Source: Anaerolineales bacterium
GTDB taxonomy: Bacteria > Chloroflexota > Anaerolineae > Anaerolineales > UBA4823
Direction of reading: 5' to 3'
NCBI GenBank assembly: GCA_035529195.1
Contig: DATKXE010000085.1
Coordinates: forward strand, 1-30,667
DNA: 30,667 nt
A model generated the notes under the pieces. That model searched no databases. It saw nothing but the letters and a program-made list of their open reading frames with translations, and was not told the origin of the DNA. Below, in pieces: positions 7,897 to 17,867 of the stretch (the first letter of the stretch is position 1; each line of letters starts with the position of its first letter). A program made the translations under genes and the position numbers.

Positions 7897-9043
7897 CAAA
7901 AGCAGTGTTTTTCCTGGAAGATTGGGAATACAACAGCGGGTTCTACCGACTTACCGGGTGGATTTTTTCGATCTACTGGCCCAGGCATGTGAAGATGGGC
8001 TTTGTATATTTGCGGGAGACGTGCAGCCTCAAGAATCAATTCCAACAACGAGTGACCTAAAAGTAGCAGAATTTGTGGAATCCAGAAACTACCATTTTCG
8101 AGATGTCCAATCTTCCTGCTATTTCCTCTGGCAAGGGGGATTAATTAATTGGCTGGAGAATTGGAAACCAGATGTTTTAGTCGTGGAAGCAAATCCCAGA
8201 TATTTGAGCACGAACAAGGGAATCCAATGGATGCATGCTCGCGGTAAACCTGTGATCGGATGGGGATTGGGGGCGCCGCTGATTGACACCCCAAAATCAC
8301 CAGGAGGGAGGATCAATAAAGATTTCCGGAGCTACTTGAGGGGAAGAATGCTGAAACGGTTAGATGGCTTGATTGCGTATAGCCACAAGGGAGCAAGGGA
8401 ATATAAAGAGATTGCATTCCCACAACAACCGGTATATGTGGCATCAAACGCTGTTGCGAAGCACCCGAAAGGATCCCCTTTAGAGCGATCTACTCATTTT
8501 AATGGTCGTCCGGTCGTCCTTTTTGTTGGTCGAATTCAAACCCGGAAGAGAATAGATATTCTTCTACGTGCATGCTCTGCTCTCCCAGAAATTTTGCAGC
8601 CTATGCTTTGGATTGTTGGGGATGGACCAATGAAGGAAAATTTGGAATTATTGGCCAGTGAGATTTATCCAAAGGCTAAATTTACAGGAAGAAAAGGTGG
8701 CGGTGAATTAGCAAGTATTTTTCAAAAGGCTGATTTATTCGTCTTACCAGGTACAGGAGGATTGGCAGTACAAGAAGCCATGTCATATGCTTTACCAGTG
8801 ATTGTTGCCGAGGGGGATGGCACTCAAGGTGATTTAGTCAAGCCTGAAAATGGATGGTTAATCCCCCCAAACGATGAGCAAGCTTTACGAGAGACACTCA
8901 TACTGGCGCTTTCGAATCCAGCTCGATTACGACAAATGGGAAAGTGCTCCTATCAAATTGTTCAAAATGAGGTCAATATTGAGCAAATGGTTGTTACTTT
9001 TCTAAATGCAATCAATGATTCTGCATTAACAGGCACTGGGTAA
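7889..9043 (+). CDS. GT4 family glycosyltransferase
   Basis: Contains VLFVGRIQTRKRID, IVGDGP and ADLFVLPGTGGLAVQEAMSYALPVI. The GTG start overlaps the FkbM stop. Confidence 0.88.
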   Translation: MNSKSSVFPGRLGIQQRVLPTYRVDFFDLLAQACEDGLCIFAGDVQPQESIPTTSDLKVAEFVESRNYHFRDVQSSCYFLWQGGLINWLENWKPDVLVVEANPRYLSTNKGIQWMHARGKPVIGWGLGAPLIDTPKSPGGRINKDFRSYLRGRMLKRLDGLIAYSHKGAREYKEIAFPQQPVYVASNAVAKHPKGSPLERSTHFNGRPVVLFVGRIQTRKRIDILLRACSALPEILQPMLWIVGDGPMKENLELLASEIYPKAKFTGRKGGGELASIFQKADLFVLPGTGGLAVQEAMSYALPVIVAEGDGTQGDLVKPENGWLIPPNDEQALRETLILALSNPARLRQMGKCSYQIVQNEVNIEQMVVTFLNAINDSALTGTG

Positions 9044-9046
9044 GCG

Positions 9047-10231
9047 ATGCGTTTGTTATTTGTATGCGATGCGCGTTCACCCATAGCAATGAACTGGATC
9101 TCTTATTTTGTTGAACAGGGGGATGAAGTCCATATCGCGTCAACCTTTGATTTTAAACCTGATATGCCATTTGCTAGTGTAAATGTGGTTCCGATTGCAT
9201 TCAGCCAGTTGAAGAAGAGCCATTCTCAAAAAGAGGCAAGAAATCACAGAGAAGGATTGCTGTGGAATTCTTCGTTGGTTAATTTCAGGACTGCTTTTCG
9301 GCGAATCCTTGCACCGCTTACCCTTAATTCTGCAGCTAATAAATTATCCGACCTGATTTCCGAGATCCAGCCCGAGCTTATTCATGCCATGCGTATCCCT
9401 TTTGAAGGTATTTTGACCGCAAGCGCTTTACGCCAAGAAATGAATTCACCATTGATTGTTTCAGTTTGGGGGAACGATTTTACTTTGCATGCAGGTACAA
9501 CTCCTTGGATGAGGAGATCAACAAAGCAAGTGTTATCCAGAACTGATGGTTTACATCTTGATTGCCAGCGTGATCGGATATTGGCATCCAACTGGGGATA
9601 TGCAAGTGATCGTCCAACCATTGTAATTCCTGGTAATGGTGGTATCGATACTGATGTGTTCTATCCACCCAAGGATGAGACGAAATCTAGAAAACTGATG
9701 GTGATCAATCCACGTGGAATCCGCGCATATATTCGCAATGACACCTTCTTCGCAGCGATTCCACAGATATTGACCCAAATGCCAGACACAAAATTTATCT
9801 GTCCTGGAATGGCGGGAGAAACAGAAGCTGAGAAATGGATTGAAAAATATAATCTTTTTTCATCTGTTGAACTGCTTCCTAATTTGCCCAGACAAGAAAT
9901 GGCGGATCTATTCCGGGGTGCAGCGGTTTCGGTTTCTCCAAGTACCCACGATGGTACTCCAAACACGCTCCTCGAAGCAATGGCTTGTGGATGCTATCCA
10001 GTCGCTGGAGATTTGGATTCCATTCGGGAATGGATCAATCCTGGGATCAATGGAACTTTGATTGATCCAAACGATCCAAATGACCTCGCAAATGCGGTGA
10101 TCCGCGCTTTATCGCAAGAAGACCTACGCAAACAAGCAGCGCTTTTAAATACTGCAGTAATCAAAGAAAGGGCAGAATACCATTCTTCAATGAATCAGGC
10201 TCGTATTTTTTATCGATCCCTGCATAGATAA
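9047..10231 (+). CDS. GT4 family glycosyltransferase
   Basis: Contains VSVWGND, IPGNGGIDTDVF and HDGTPNTLLEAMACGCYPVAGD. Confidence 0.88.
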   Translation: MRLLFVCDARSPIAMNWISYFVEQGDEVHIASTFDFKPDMPFASVNVVPIAFSQLKKSHSQKEARNHREGLLWNSSLVNFRTAFRRILAPLTLNSAANKLSDLISEIQPELIHAMRIPFEGILTASALRQEMNSPLIVSVWGNDFTLHAGTTPWMRRSTKQVLSRTDGLHLDCQRDRILASNWGYASDRPTIVIPGNGGIDTDVFYPPKDETKSRKLMVINPRGIRAYIRNDTFFAAIPQILTQMPDTKFICPGMAGETEAEKWIEKYNLFSSVELLPNLPRQEMADLFRGAAVSVSPSTHDGTPNTLLEAMACGCYPVAGDLDSIREWINPGINGTLIDPNDPNDLANAVIRALSQEDLRKQAALLNTAVIKERAEYHSSMNQARIFYRSLHR

Positions 10232-10295
10232 ATACAAAGGAGTTGTCTCAAAAGAAAGGACGGGCAGTTACGCAGGTCTATAGAACAATAATGAC

Positions 10296-10328
10296 AAAAA
10301 AACTGGCGGTTAGCTGGCCGCCAGTTTT
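10296..10328. terminator. Bidirectional intrinsic terminator between the GT operon and lpdA
   Basis: A7, CTGGCGG, 8-nt loop, CCGCCAG, T4. This gives a U7 tail on the minus strand and U4 on the plus strand. Confidence 0.8.
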
Positions 10329-10377
10329 GCTATATCATGAGCTATATAAATGAGATAGACTGCATATCTCTATCGGA

Positions 10378-11775
10378 TTAGATATTGATGGAATGCCCTT
10401 CGGCTCCATGGGCAGCTTCCATAAGGACTTCGCTTAAAGTAGGGTGGGCATGGACATTTTGAGCGATCTCGGCAGTTGTAATCTCCATCATCTGGGCGAG
10501 GGTTAATTCTGGAAGCAGTTCGGTTACTTCAGGCCCAATCATGTGTGCACCCAAGATCTCCCCGTACTTCGCATCGGTGATGATCTTTACCCATCCAGTG
10601 GACTCCCCCAATCCCAGCGCCTTGCCGTTGGCCTGAAATGGATATCTGCCGACTTTTACATCGTACCCTCGTTCTTCGGCAGTAGCCTCAGAAATCCCAA
10701 AAGAAGCTACTTGAGGTTGAGAAAAAGTTACTTTGGGAAGCATTTCATAATCCAAAGTGATGGTTTCTTGTCCAGCAATGTTCTCTGCACAGACTATCCC
10801 CTGGGCAGAACCAACATGAGCGAGCATAAGCTTTCCGGTCACATCTCCAATCGCCCAGATACCAGGGATGTTGGTGGCCATTCGCTCGTCAATTTCAACC
10901 ATTCCTTTCTCTGATAAACTCACACCGATCTCTTCTAATCCGAGAAACTGACTGTTGGGTTTTACACCGATCGCGATTAATGCTTGTTCAGCTTGTAATG
11001 GTTTTACTTCACCATCAGTTTCTACTTTGACCTCAACACCCTCATCTTTGGCTTCCAAGGAAGCAACTTTATGATTGGTCAGGACATTGATGCCTTGTTT
11101 CTTGAAAGCTTTGGCCAGTTCGAGGCTTACTTCTTCCTCTTCCAAAGGCACAATATTGGGCAGCATCTCGACAATGGTGACATCAACACCATATGAATTC
11201 CAAATTGTCGCGAATTCAACTCCGATAGCGCCAGAACCAATCACGATCGCAGATTTTGGAAGATGCTCCTGAAGAATTGCTTCATTGTAGGTAAGAATAT
11301 GTTCACCATCAACTACCCAACCTGGAGGAACCATAGCACTAGCTCCAGTAGCGATGACAATGTTCTTTGCTTGGAGGACTTGTGAATTACCATCAGTATC
11401 AGTCACCTCAACTGTATCTTGGGAAGTAAATTTAGCTGACCCCATATGAACATCAATCTTATTTTTCTTCATCAAGAATCCAACGCCTTTAGTCAAGCGG
11501 TCGGACACTTTGCGGCTGCGTTTAACAGCAACACTGTAATCTATTTTCAGATTTTCGATGGAAAATCCAAATTCTTTCCCACGTTCTCTCAGAGTATGGA
11601 TAACCTCAGCGTTCTTCAGCAAGGCTTTCGATGGGATGCAGCCAATGTTAAGACACACTCCTCCCAACCATTGTTTATCAATTATGGCAGTTTTTAATCC
11701 AAGTTGAGCTGCACGAATGGCACATACATAACCAGCTGGACCGGCACCGATAACGATGACATCATAGTTTGCCAT
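10378..11775 (-). CDS. lpdA: Dihydrolipoamide dehydrogenase (E3)
   Basis: Contains GAGPAG (FAD), GGVCLNIGCIPSK (redox disulfide), GSGAIGVE (NAD) and HAHPTLSE. AGGAG RBS. Confidence 0.96.
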   Translation of the reverse strand: MANYDVIVIGAGPAGYVCAIRAAQLGLKTAIIDKQWLGGVCLNIGCIPSKALLKNAEVIHTLRERGKEFGFSIENLKIDYSVAVKRSRKVSDRLTKGVGFLMKKNKIDVHMGSAKFTSQDTVEVTDTDGNSQVLQAKNIVIATGASAMVPPGWVVDGEHILTYNEAILQEHLPKSAIVIGSGAIGVEFATIWNSYGVDVTIVEMLPNIVPLEEEEVSLELAKAFKKQGINVLTNHKVASLEAKDEGVEVKVETDGEVKPLQAEQALIAIGVKPNSQFLGLEEIGVSLSEKGMVEIDERMATNIPGIWAIGDVTGKLMLAHVGSAQGIVCAENIAGQETITLDYEMLPKVTFSQPQVASFGISEATAEERGYDVKVGRYPFQANGKALGLGESTGWVKIITDAKYGEILGAHMIGPEVTELLPELTLAQMMEITTAEIAQNVHAHPTLSEVLMEAAHGAEGHSINI

Positions 11776-11837
11776 GAATTTCTCCTGTTTTGATAGTTAT
11801 TGACTATTCCCTTCCTAGTTTAAAGCGGGATATCTGC

Positions 11838-13088
11838 TTATTTCCAATTTTGCAAAGATTCTACCACTTTGAGCAAAAAGTGATCAGCTACCGCGCCATC
11901 CAGTATGCGATGATCGAAAGTTAAAGTGAGGTAAATCATTGGGCGGATGGCGATTGCATCATCAATAACAGTCACTCGTTTCTGGATGACACCAACACCC
12001 AGAATCGCGGCTTGAGGCTGGTTGATGATAGGTGTTGCGAAAAGTGAGCCACTCGTACCGTGGTTTGTCATAGTGAAAGTGCCTCCCTGAACTTCATCGG
12101 GTTCTAATGAGCGATTCCGAGCACGCACAGCGAGGTCATTTATCGTTCTTGCCAATCCCAATAAAGAGAGCTGGTCAGCATTTTTGATAACGGGAACGAT
12201 TAAGCCCTGCTCTCCAAGTGAAGTTGCCATACCGAAATTGATATTCTTGTGAATTTGAATGCCATCTTCAAACCAGGATGAATTGACAATGGGAAAACTC
12301 TTTAATCCGGCAATCGCTGCGGCTATAAAATATGCTGTGAAAGTAAGATTTACTCCGTCCAGGGAGAAAGATTCCTTATTCTCCTGGCGGTGAGCCACTA
12401 CATTATTTAGATCAGCTTCCATCGCGGTGGATACATGGGGAGATATTTGTTTACTTTTAACCATGTGATCCGCAATTGATCGCCGGACAATCGTATGGGG
12501 TAGAATTTCCCTGGGAATGATTTCGGATGGAGATCGCACTGATCCTATCTTGGGAGTAGAGGGGGTAATTTCTGAGCCAAGTATTTTTTTCGACTTTTCA
12601 AGATAATTTAATACATCTTTTTTGGTGATCCTACCTCCCTGACCTGTGCCAGGTACTTTGGTCAGATCAATGCTTTCTTGCTGTGAGATTTTTGCTACTA
12701 CCGGCGAGATGAAACCCAGGTCCTGATTTCGACCCGGTCGAAGTGCATCAGTTGAAGGCTCATCTTTATCATTTCGACCAGTAATTAGTTGAGTTTCCTC
12801 CAGGGGCGTGATCTCCGGTGATGAATCGTTATCGTCCGGGATTATCTCACCCTTATCTCCAATCCAGGCCAGCGTGGTTCCCGCGGTTACTATTGTTCCT
12901 TCTTCGACTAGAATTGCCAGCAGGGTTCCGTCTCCAGGACTGGGTATTTCTGAATCGACCTTGTCAGTATTCACTTCAAGCAGAGGTTCGAATTCCTTTA
13001 TCTCCTCGCCAATGGCTTTCAACCACTTACTAACCGTGCCTTCGATAACCGACTCGCCTAGCTGCGGCATAATCACTTGGATGGGCAT
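11838..13088 (-). CDS. Dihydrolipoamide acyltransferase (E2) of a 2-oxoacid dehydrogenase complex, single lipoyl domain
   Basis: Contains MPQLGES..EVNTDKV (lipoyl-Lys), the E3-binding domain ISPVVAK..GTGQGGRITKKDV and catalytic DHRILDG. Confidence 0.93.
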   Translation of the reverse strand: MPIQVIMPQLGESVIEGTVSKWLKAIGEEIKEFEPLLEVNTDKVDSEIPSPGDGTLLAILVEEGTIVTAGTTLAWIGDKGEIIPDDNDSSPEITPLEETQLITGRNDKDEPSTDALRPGRNQDLGFISPVVAKISQQESIDLTKVPGTGQGGRITKKDVLNYLEKSKKILGSEITPSTPKIGSVRSPSEIIPREILPHTIVRRSIADHMVKSKQISPHVSTAMEADLNNVVAHRQENKESFSLDGVNLTFTAYFIAAAIAGLKSFPIVNSSWFEDGIQIHKNINFGMATSLGEQGLIVPVIKNADQLSLLGLARTINDLAVRARNRSLEPDEVQGGTFTMTNHGTSGSLFATPIINQPQAAILGVGVIQKRVTVIDDAIAIRPMIYLTLTFDHRILDGAVADHFLLKVVESLQNWK

Positions 13089-13118
13089 ATCTTCACCGAC
13101 CTTCTAATGCAAAATTAT

Positions 13119-15530
13119 TTAGAAATAACTTGGATATTCCCTGGGATCACTTTCACTCATCATTTGATAGATTGCTTCAAACACTTGATCAACATTTGGC
13201 TTCGACCAGTAATCTCCATCAGACCCATATGCAGGTCGATGTGGTTTTCCTGGAAGGGTACGTGGTGGTGAATCGAGCCAGTGGTATCCACCCTGCCTTT
13301 CGATAACATCCTGCATCATATATGCAGTGGTACCACCAGGAACATCTTCATCAACGAAAATTATACGACCAGTCTTTTTCAATGAACCCAAAATTTTCTG
13401 TTGAACGTCGAAGGGCAATAAGGTTTGGACATCAATTATCTCGCATTCAATACCTATCTGGCTTAAACGCTCTGCTGCATCGAGAGCTATCCGGCAGGTA
13501 GCACCATAGGTGACGACACTTACATCCTGCCCGGGGCGTAGCACTTCGGGTACTCCCAGTGGGATAGTAAATTCATCCACATTATCTGGCAGCTGCTCTT
13601 TCAGACGATATCCGTTTAATACCTCAATCATGAGACCCGGATCATCGGAATGCAACAACGTATTATAGAAACCTGCTGCGCGGGTCATATCTCTAGGTAC
13701 AAGGACATGCATGCCGCGCACAAGATTAATAATGCCTGACATCGGAGAACCTGAATGCCAGATGCCTTCCAAACGATGACCGCGAGTGCGAATGATGATT
13801 GGTGCTTTGGTACCGCCCTTCGTCCTCCATTGTAATGTCGCCAAATCATCTGACATGATCTGCAGACCATATAATAAATAATCAAGATATTGAATCTCCG
13901 CAATGGGTCGCAGACCGCGCATAGCCATCCCTATTGCCTGTCCGATAATAGTGACCTCACGTATGCCAGTGTCGGAAACCCTCAACTCCCCAAATTTATC
14001 TTGCAGACCGCGGAAACCTTGATTGACATCTCCTAGTCTGCCAACATCTTCTCCAAATGCAATTATCCGTGGATCACGAATGAGAGCTGATTCGAATAAA
14101 GCATTTAATATCTCATAACCGTATACTATTGGCGAATCCGGGGAGAAAACAGGTTCGATTACCGGAACATTGAGTGCGGATTGGGCTGATTGGCTGTACA
14201 GGTGGGAGCTGTAACGCTCTTCATTCAGCTCCATTTGCGAGTTTTTCCATTCAAGCAGTTGATTTTTGGAGGGAATTTCTTCATTCCGGACGAGGGTTAA
14301 AGCTTTCAGTGCAGCGGACATTGAATCCCGACGATAGGGGGTTGGGATGGACAACAATCGTGACCGAATCTCTTCAATCTGAATAGCAGATTCAGAAACC
14401 CCTGCTATCTCCGCGAGGATTTCAGCAACCTGAGCTCTCTCGCTTTTGATCGGAGAGATGTAATTTTGCCAGGCTTGTTTTCTTGACTCTTCAACTCGCT
14501 GGCTTTCTTCCTCTTCCAAGTGATCTAATTCCTCCTGAGAAGCGTACTTGTGTTCGATTACCCATTCACGGAATTTAACCAAACAGTCAAACTCGGCTTC
14601 CCAATCCAGCCTTTCTTGGCTTTTATAACGCTCGTGACTCCCAGAAGTCGAATGTCCTTGGGGTTGGGTCAATTCGTATACGTGCACGATAGCTGGAATA
14701 TGTTCATCCCTGACAGATTTAGCGGCTTGTGAGTAGGCCTCGACCAGCATGGGATAATCCCAACCAGCGACAGAATAGACAGCAAATCCCTGGTCAGCAT
14801 CTGGTTCTCTCTGGAAACCTTCAAGCAGTTTAGAGATATCTTGCTTGACTAATTGGTGTTCGCTTGAAACAGAAATTCCATAACAGTCATCCCAGATTGA
14901 AATCAATGCTGGAGCTTTCAATACCCCAATGGCGTTGACCGATTCCCAAAACATTCCTTCCGCTGTGGCTGCATTACCGATTGTCCCAAAAGCGACTTCC
15001 TTCCCATTATCAGAAAACTGGGTCAAGGTTTGAAGTTGTTCAATTTCCCGGTACAATCGAGATGCATAAGCTAATCCAACCAAGCGCGGCATTTGGGAGC
15101 CCGTAGGGGAAATGTCTGGAGTGGAATTAAACTCCTTTGTTAAATCCTTCCATGTGCCATCAGAATTCAGACTGCGGGTCGCAAAATGAGCATTCATCGA
15201 CCGGCCAGCAGATGCAGGGTCATCTTCTAAATCTGCATGAGCGTATAACTGGGCGAAGAATTCTGTAGTGGTTAAAGCCCCGATGGCGAACATGAAGGTT
15301 TGATCGCGATAGTATCCGGAACGAAAATCACCCTTATGGAAAACCTTCGCCATCGCAATCTGTGGAAGTTCTTTTCCATCACCAAAAATCCCGAATTTCG
15401 CTTTCCCACTCATTACTTCACGTCTACTAATCAGACTCACCTGCCGACTGCGAAAGACGGTTCTATAGTCAGCGATGATCTCCTGTGGTGTAGTAGTGAT
15501 ATCCATTGGGCTGAGAGTAATTTCAGTCAT
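13119..15530 (-). CDS. Fused E1 alpha+beta 2-oxoacid dehydrogenase (probably branched-chain)
   Basis: The alpha part has YYRDQT and GHSTSGSHERY. The beta part has FGEDVG, DTGIREVTIIG, GLRPIAEIQY and GIWHS. It is upstream of E2 and E3. Substrate specificity is inferred. Confidence 0.88.
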   Translation of the reverse strand: MTEITLSPMDITTTPQEIIADYRTVFRSRQVSLISRREVMSGKAKFGIFGDGKELPQIAMAKVFHKGDFRSGYYRDQTFMFAIGALTTTEFFAQLYAHADLEDDPASAGRSMNAHFATRSLNSDGTWKDLTKEFNSTPDISPTGSQMPRLVGLAYASRLYREIEQLQTLTQFSDNGKEVAFGTIGNAATAEGMFWESVNAIGVLKAPALISIWDDCYGISVSSEHQLVKQDISKLLEGFQREPDADQGFAVYSVAGWDYPMLVEAYSQAAKSVRDEHIPAIVHVYELTQPQGHSTSGSHERYKSQERLDWEAEFDCLVKFREWVIEHKYASQEELDHLEEEESQRVEESRKQAWQNYISPIKSERAQVAEILAEIAGVSESAIQIEEIRSRLLSIPTPYRRDSMSAALKALTLVRNEEIPSKNQLLEWKNSQMELNEERYSSHLYSQSAQSALNVPVIEPVFSPDSPIVYGYEILNALFESALIRDPRIIAFGEDVGRLGDVNQGFRGLQDKFGELRVSDTGIREVTIIGQAIGMAMRGLRPIAEIQYLDYLLYGLQIMSDDLATLQWRTKGGTKAPIIIRTRGHRLEGIWHSGSPMSGIINLVRGMHVLVPRDMTRAAGFYNTLLHSDDPGLMIEVLNGYRLKEQLPDNVDEFTIPLGVPEVLRPGQDVSVVTYGATCRIALDAAERLSQIGIECEIIDVQTLLPFDVQQKILGSLKKTGRIIFVDEDVPGGTTAYMMQDVIERQGGYHWLDSPPRTLPGKPHRPAYGSDGDYWSKPNVDQVFEAIYQMMSESDPREYPSYF

Positions 15531-15587
15531 CGGTGCACCTTGAATTATATTTCTTATCTCTTAAATGCCGCTCGAATGCCGAGGTAC

Positions 15588-15625
15588 AAAAAAAGAGAAT
15601 GAATTGGGTGGTTCCATTCCCTTTT
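15588..15625 (-). terminator. Intrinsic-terminator-like hairpin 57 nt upstream of the E1 start
   Basis: On the minus strand: GGGAATGGA, ACCACCCAA loop, TTCATTCTC (9 bp including G-U pairs), then T7. Confidence 0.55.
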
Positions 15626-15723
15626 GTTTGGGCAAGATTAATAATTGAAACGATAAATGATAACCTTCCGGATGGAGCTGGCTCTGGTTTGAGGTATGCG
15701 TTGTTCCTTGATGAATATTAGCC

Positions 15724-15739
15724 ATATTGAGTTCAATAT
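15724..15739. promoter_or_regulatory. Palindrome ATATTGA-GT-TCAATAT (candidate operator)
   Basis: 7-bp arms in the intergenic region upstream of E1. The core ATTGA-NN-TCAAT recurs at 24304-24315. Confidence 0.35.
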
Positions 15740-15757
15740 TCCAGAATCGTTTATGCC

Positions 15758-17767
15758 TTATGATTTTCTTGTGGCCTGAACCACAATCTCAGCGATATCG
15801 AGGATTTCCATATCGCTGTCACTTTCATTCTTGGCATCGTTGAGCATCACCATGCAAAAGGGACACCCAACAGCGAGTAAATCAGCGTTTGTTTTTTGGG
15901 CTTCCCTGAATCTTTCCGCACTGACACGTCCCATACCTTCTGCTTCCTCCTTCCACATTTGTGCGCCACCAGCGCCGCAGCAAAAAGACTTGCGACCACT
16001 ACGGGATAATTCCAGGAGGTTGTACTGAGTTCGCGCCAGTACCTGGCGGGGTTCATTGAAGATATCATTTTGTCGGCCAAGATAACAGGGATCATGAAAA
16101 ACAAGGGTTTGGTTTCCTGCGGGTTCTAAATTTAGTCGTCCCTCTTCAAATAGTTCGTAGATCAGCTGGCTATGATGGATCACATGGTAGTTTCCACCAA
16201 ATGCTGGATACTCATTGCTGATGGTGTGTAAACAATGTGGACAGGTTGTAACGATCCGTTTCGGAGCGACCTCATTGAGCAGCTCAACATTCGCCATTGC
16301 CATCTCGTTAAACAGGAATTCATTTCCTGCCCGGCGAGCAGAATCGCCTGTACATTGTTCCTGCTCTCCTAAAACTGCATAATTTAAACCAGATGTATTG
16401 AGAATTTCAGCGAAAGCCCGCGCAGTTATTTGAGCCCGAGCATCTGTTGCTGGTGCACAACCAACCCACCAGAGCAAATCTGCATCTGGATTGTGTTCGA
16501 TCGTGGGTACATCCAATCCTTCTGCCCACTTCAGGCGTTCATTTTGAGATATATTCCACGGATTCATTGTGCGTTCCATGCCTCTGAAAGCCGTCTGGAG
16601 CTGTTCGGGGAAATTGTTTTCCATGAGCACTAAAGCGCGTCGGATTTCAAGGATATCGCGCATGGGTTCATTCCCTACTGGACAAATATCGACACAAGCA
16701 CCGCAGGCAGTACAAGCCCAGATGGCTTCCGGTGAAATCGCAAATTCAGATAGCGGTGTTTGGCTTCTCTCACCCGCCGCCAAGCTCGGCCCCATCGCAT
16801 TCAAGAAATAACGTTTATTGATCTCCAATGCAGCGGGTGACAGAACTTTCCCGGTATCATATGCCGGGCATACCTCCTGGCAACGATAGCACATGATGCA
16901 AGCATAGGCATCCAATATCAGCTTCCATTCAAGATCTTCGATATTGGAGGCACCAAATTGCTCAATACTTTCATCATCAAAATCCAATCTGTCAAGCTCA
17001 CCAATGGATTTGCGTGTGGGACGAATGAGGAAATTAATTGGTGCAACAATCAGGTGCAGATGTTTGGAATAAAGAAAATATGGGATGAATAATAATATTG
17101 TGCCGAGGGCCAGCCAAAAAGTGATATGAAATCCAACTATCAATGCGGATTCCTGCATACCAATCCAAATATTGGAAACAGCATTCGCAAATGGTTGCCA
17201 AGGATCGGCATGAGTTGCGCCGATTTTTATTGATTGACCCACAAAGCGTGCCCCAACATGAATAAATATAAAACCTGCGACAATCGCAGAATCCCGTGAT
17301 ATACCTCGTCTCGCTTTTTCTGAGAGTAAGATATCTTGACGAGTGGAAAGGGTAGAAGGTCTAAGAATAAAGCGGCGAATGACTAATGCGGTCATGCCAA
17401 CCAGGGCTGCCACACTGAGTAAATCAGCGGTTAACCTGAACCAATTTCCAAGAGTACCGGCTCCAAACAATTCGAAGCCGAGGAACAGGCCTTCCAATAC
17501 GTCACCGAGATTAACAAGAAGATAGAGAATAAATGCCCAACCAATGAAGGCGTGGAACAGGCTTGGCAAAAACCTGAATCGAAAGACGGGTTTAAATGTA
17601 ATGGTCTTCGCGATCACTTCGAGTAAACGGTTTGGTACTACACTCCAGTCTACTCTTCCGCGCCCACGATTAACAACTAGAACGATGCGTAAACTGACCC
17701 GGAAAGCTGCATAAGCCGACAACAGGATTGCCGCGATGAAGATTATTTTTTCGACTGTCGTAAGCAC
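15758..17767 (-). CDS. Membrane-bound Fe-S oxidoreductase with 2x[4Fe-4S] and CCG domains (FadF/HdrD/GlpC-like)
   Basis: N-terminal multi-TM region with conserved His residues, CIMCYRCQEVCP and CTACGACVDICP, then QCTGD, TTCPHC, FHDPCYLGR, CCGAGG and GCPFC. GTG start with a GAGGA RBS. Confidence 0.9.
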   Translation of the reverse strand: MLTTVEKIIFIAAILLSAYAAFRVSLRIVLVVNRGRGRVDWSVVPNRLLEVIAKTITFKPVFRFRFLPSLFHAFIGWAFILYLLVNLGDVLEGLFLGFELFGAGTLGNWFRLTADLLSVAALVGMTALVIRRFILRPSTLSTRQDILLSEKARRGISRDSAIVAGFIFIHVGARFVGQSIKIGATHADPWQPFANAVSNIWIGMQESALIVGFHITFWLALGTILLFIPYFLYSKHLHLIVAPINFLIRPTRKSIGELDRLDFDDESIEQFGASNIEDLEWKLILDAYACIMCYRCQEVCPAYDTGKVLSPAALEINKRYFLNAMGPSLAAGERSQTPLSEFAISPEAIWACTACGACVDICPVGNEPMRDILEIRRALVLMENNFPEQLQTAFRGMERTMNPWNISQNERLKWAEGLDVPTIEHNPDADLLWWVGCAPATDARAQITARAFAEILNTSGLNYAVLGEQEQCTGDSARRAGNEFLFNEMAMANVELLNEVAPKRIVTTCPHCLHTISNEYPAFGGNYHVIHHSQLIYELFEEGRLNLEPAGNQTLVFHDPCYLGRQNDIFNEPRQVLARTQYNLLELSRSGRKSFCCGAGGAQMWKEEAEGMGRVSAERFREAQKTNADLLAVGCPFCMVMLNDAKNESDSDMEILDIAEIVVQATRKS

Positions 17768-17838
17768 TGAATCCTCTTGGAGATATCAGGTTTGGAGGGA
17801 ATTTTGGTAGAAGCTCAAGAACTTGGAAGCTGCCAAAA

Positions 17839-17867
17839 AGTGTACCATAGCCATCTTATAGGTGCAA
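17839..17867 (-). promoter_or_regulatory. sigma70 promoter of the Fe-S oxidoreductase
   Basis: On the minus strand: TTGCAC, 17-nt spacer ending in TGG, then TACACT (extended -10). Confidence 0.6.

Noticed and set aside
10237-10353. AAAGGAG followed by a short open frame after the last GT
   Set aside because: The SD-like sequence has no properly spaced start codon, and the frame crosses the terminator.
15604-15625. T-box-like sequence (AAGGGAATGGAACCAC) on the minus strand
   Set aside because: UGGAACC lies within the 5' arm and loop of the terminator itself. No antiterminator partner strand or Stem I/specifier loop could be found.
15556-15720. Approximately 54-codon minus-strand ORF (MANIHQG...) as a leader peptide
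   Set aside because: No RBS, no run of regulatory codons, and it reads through the hairpin.
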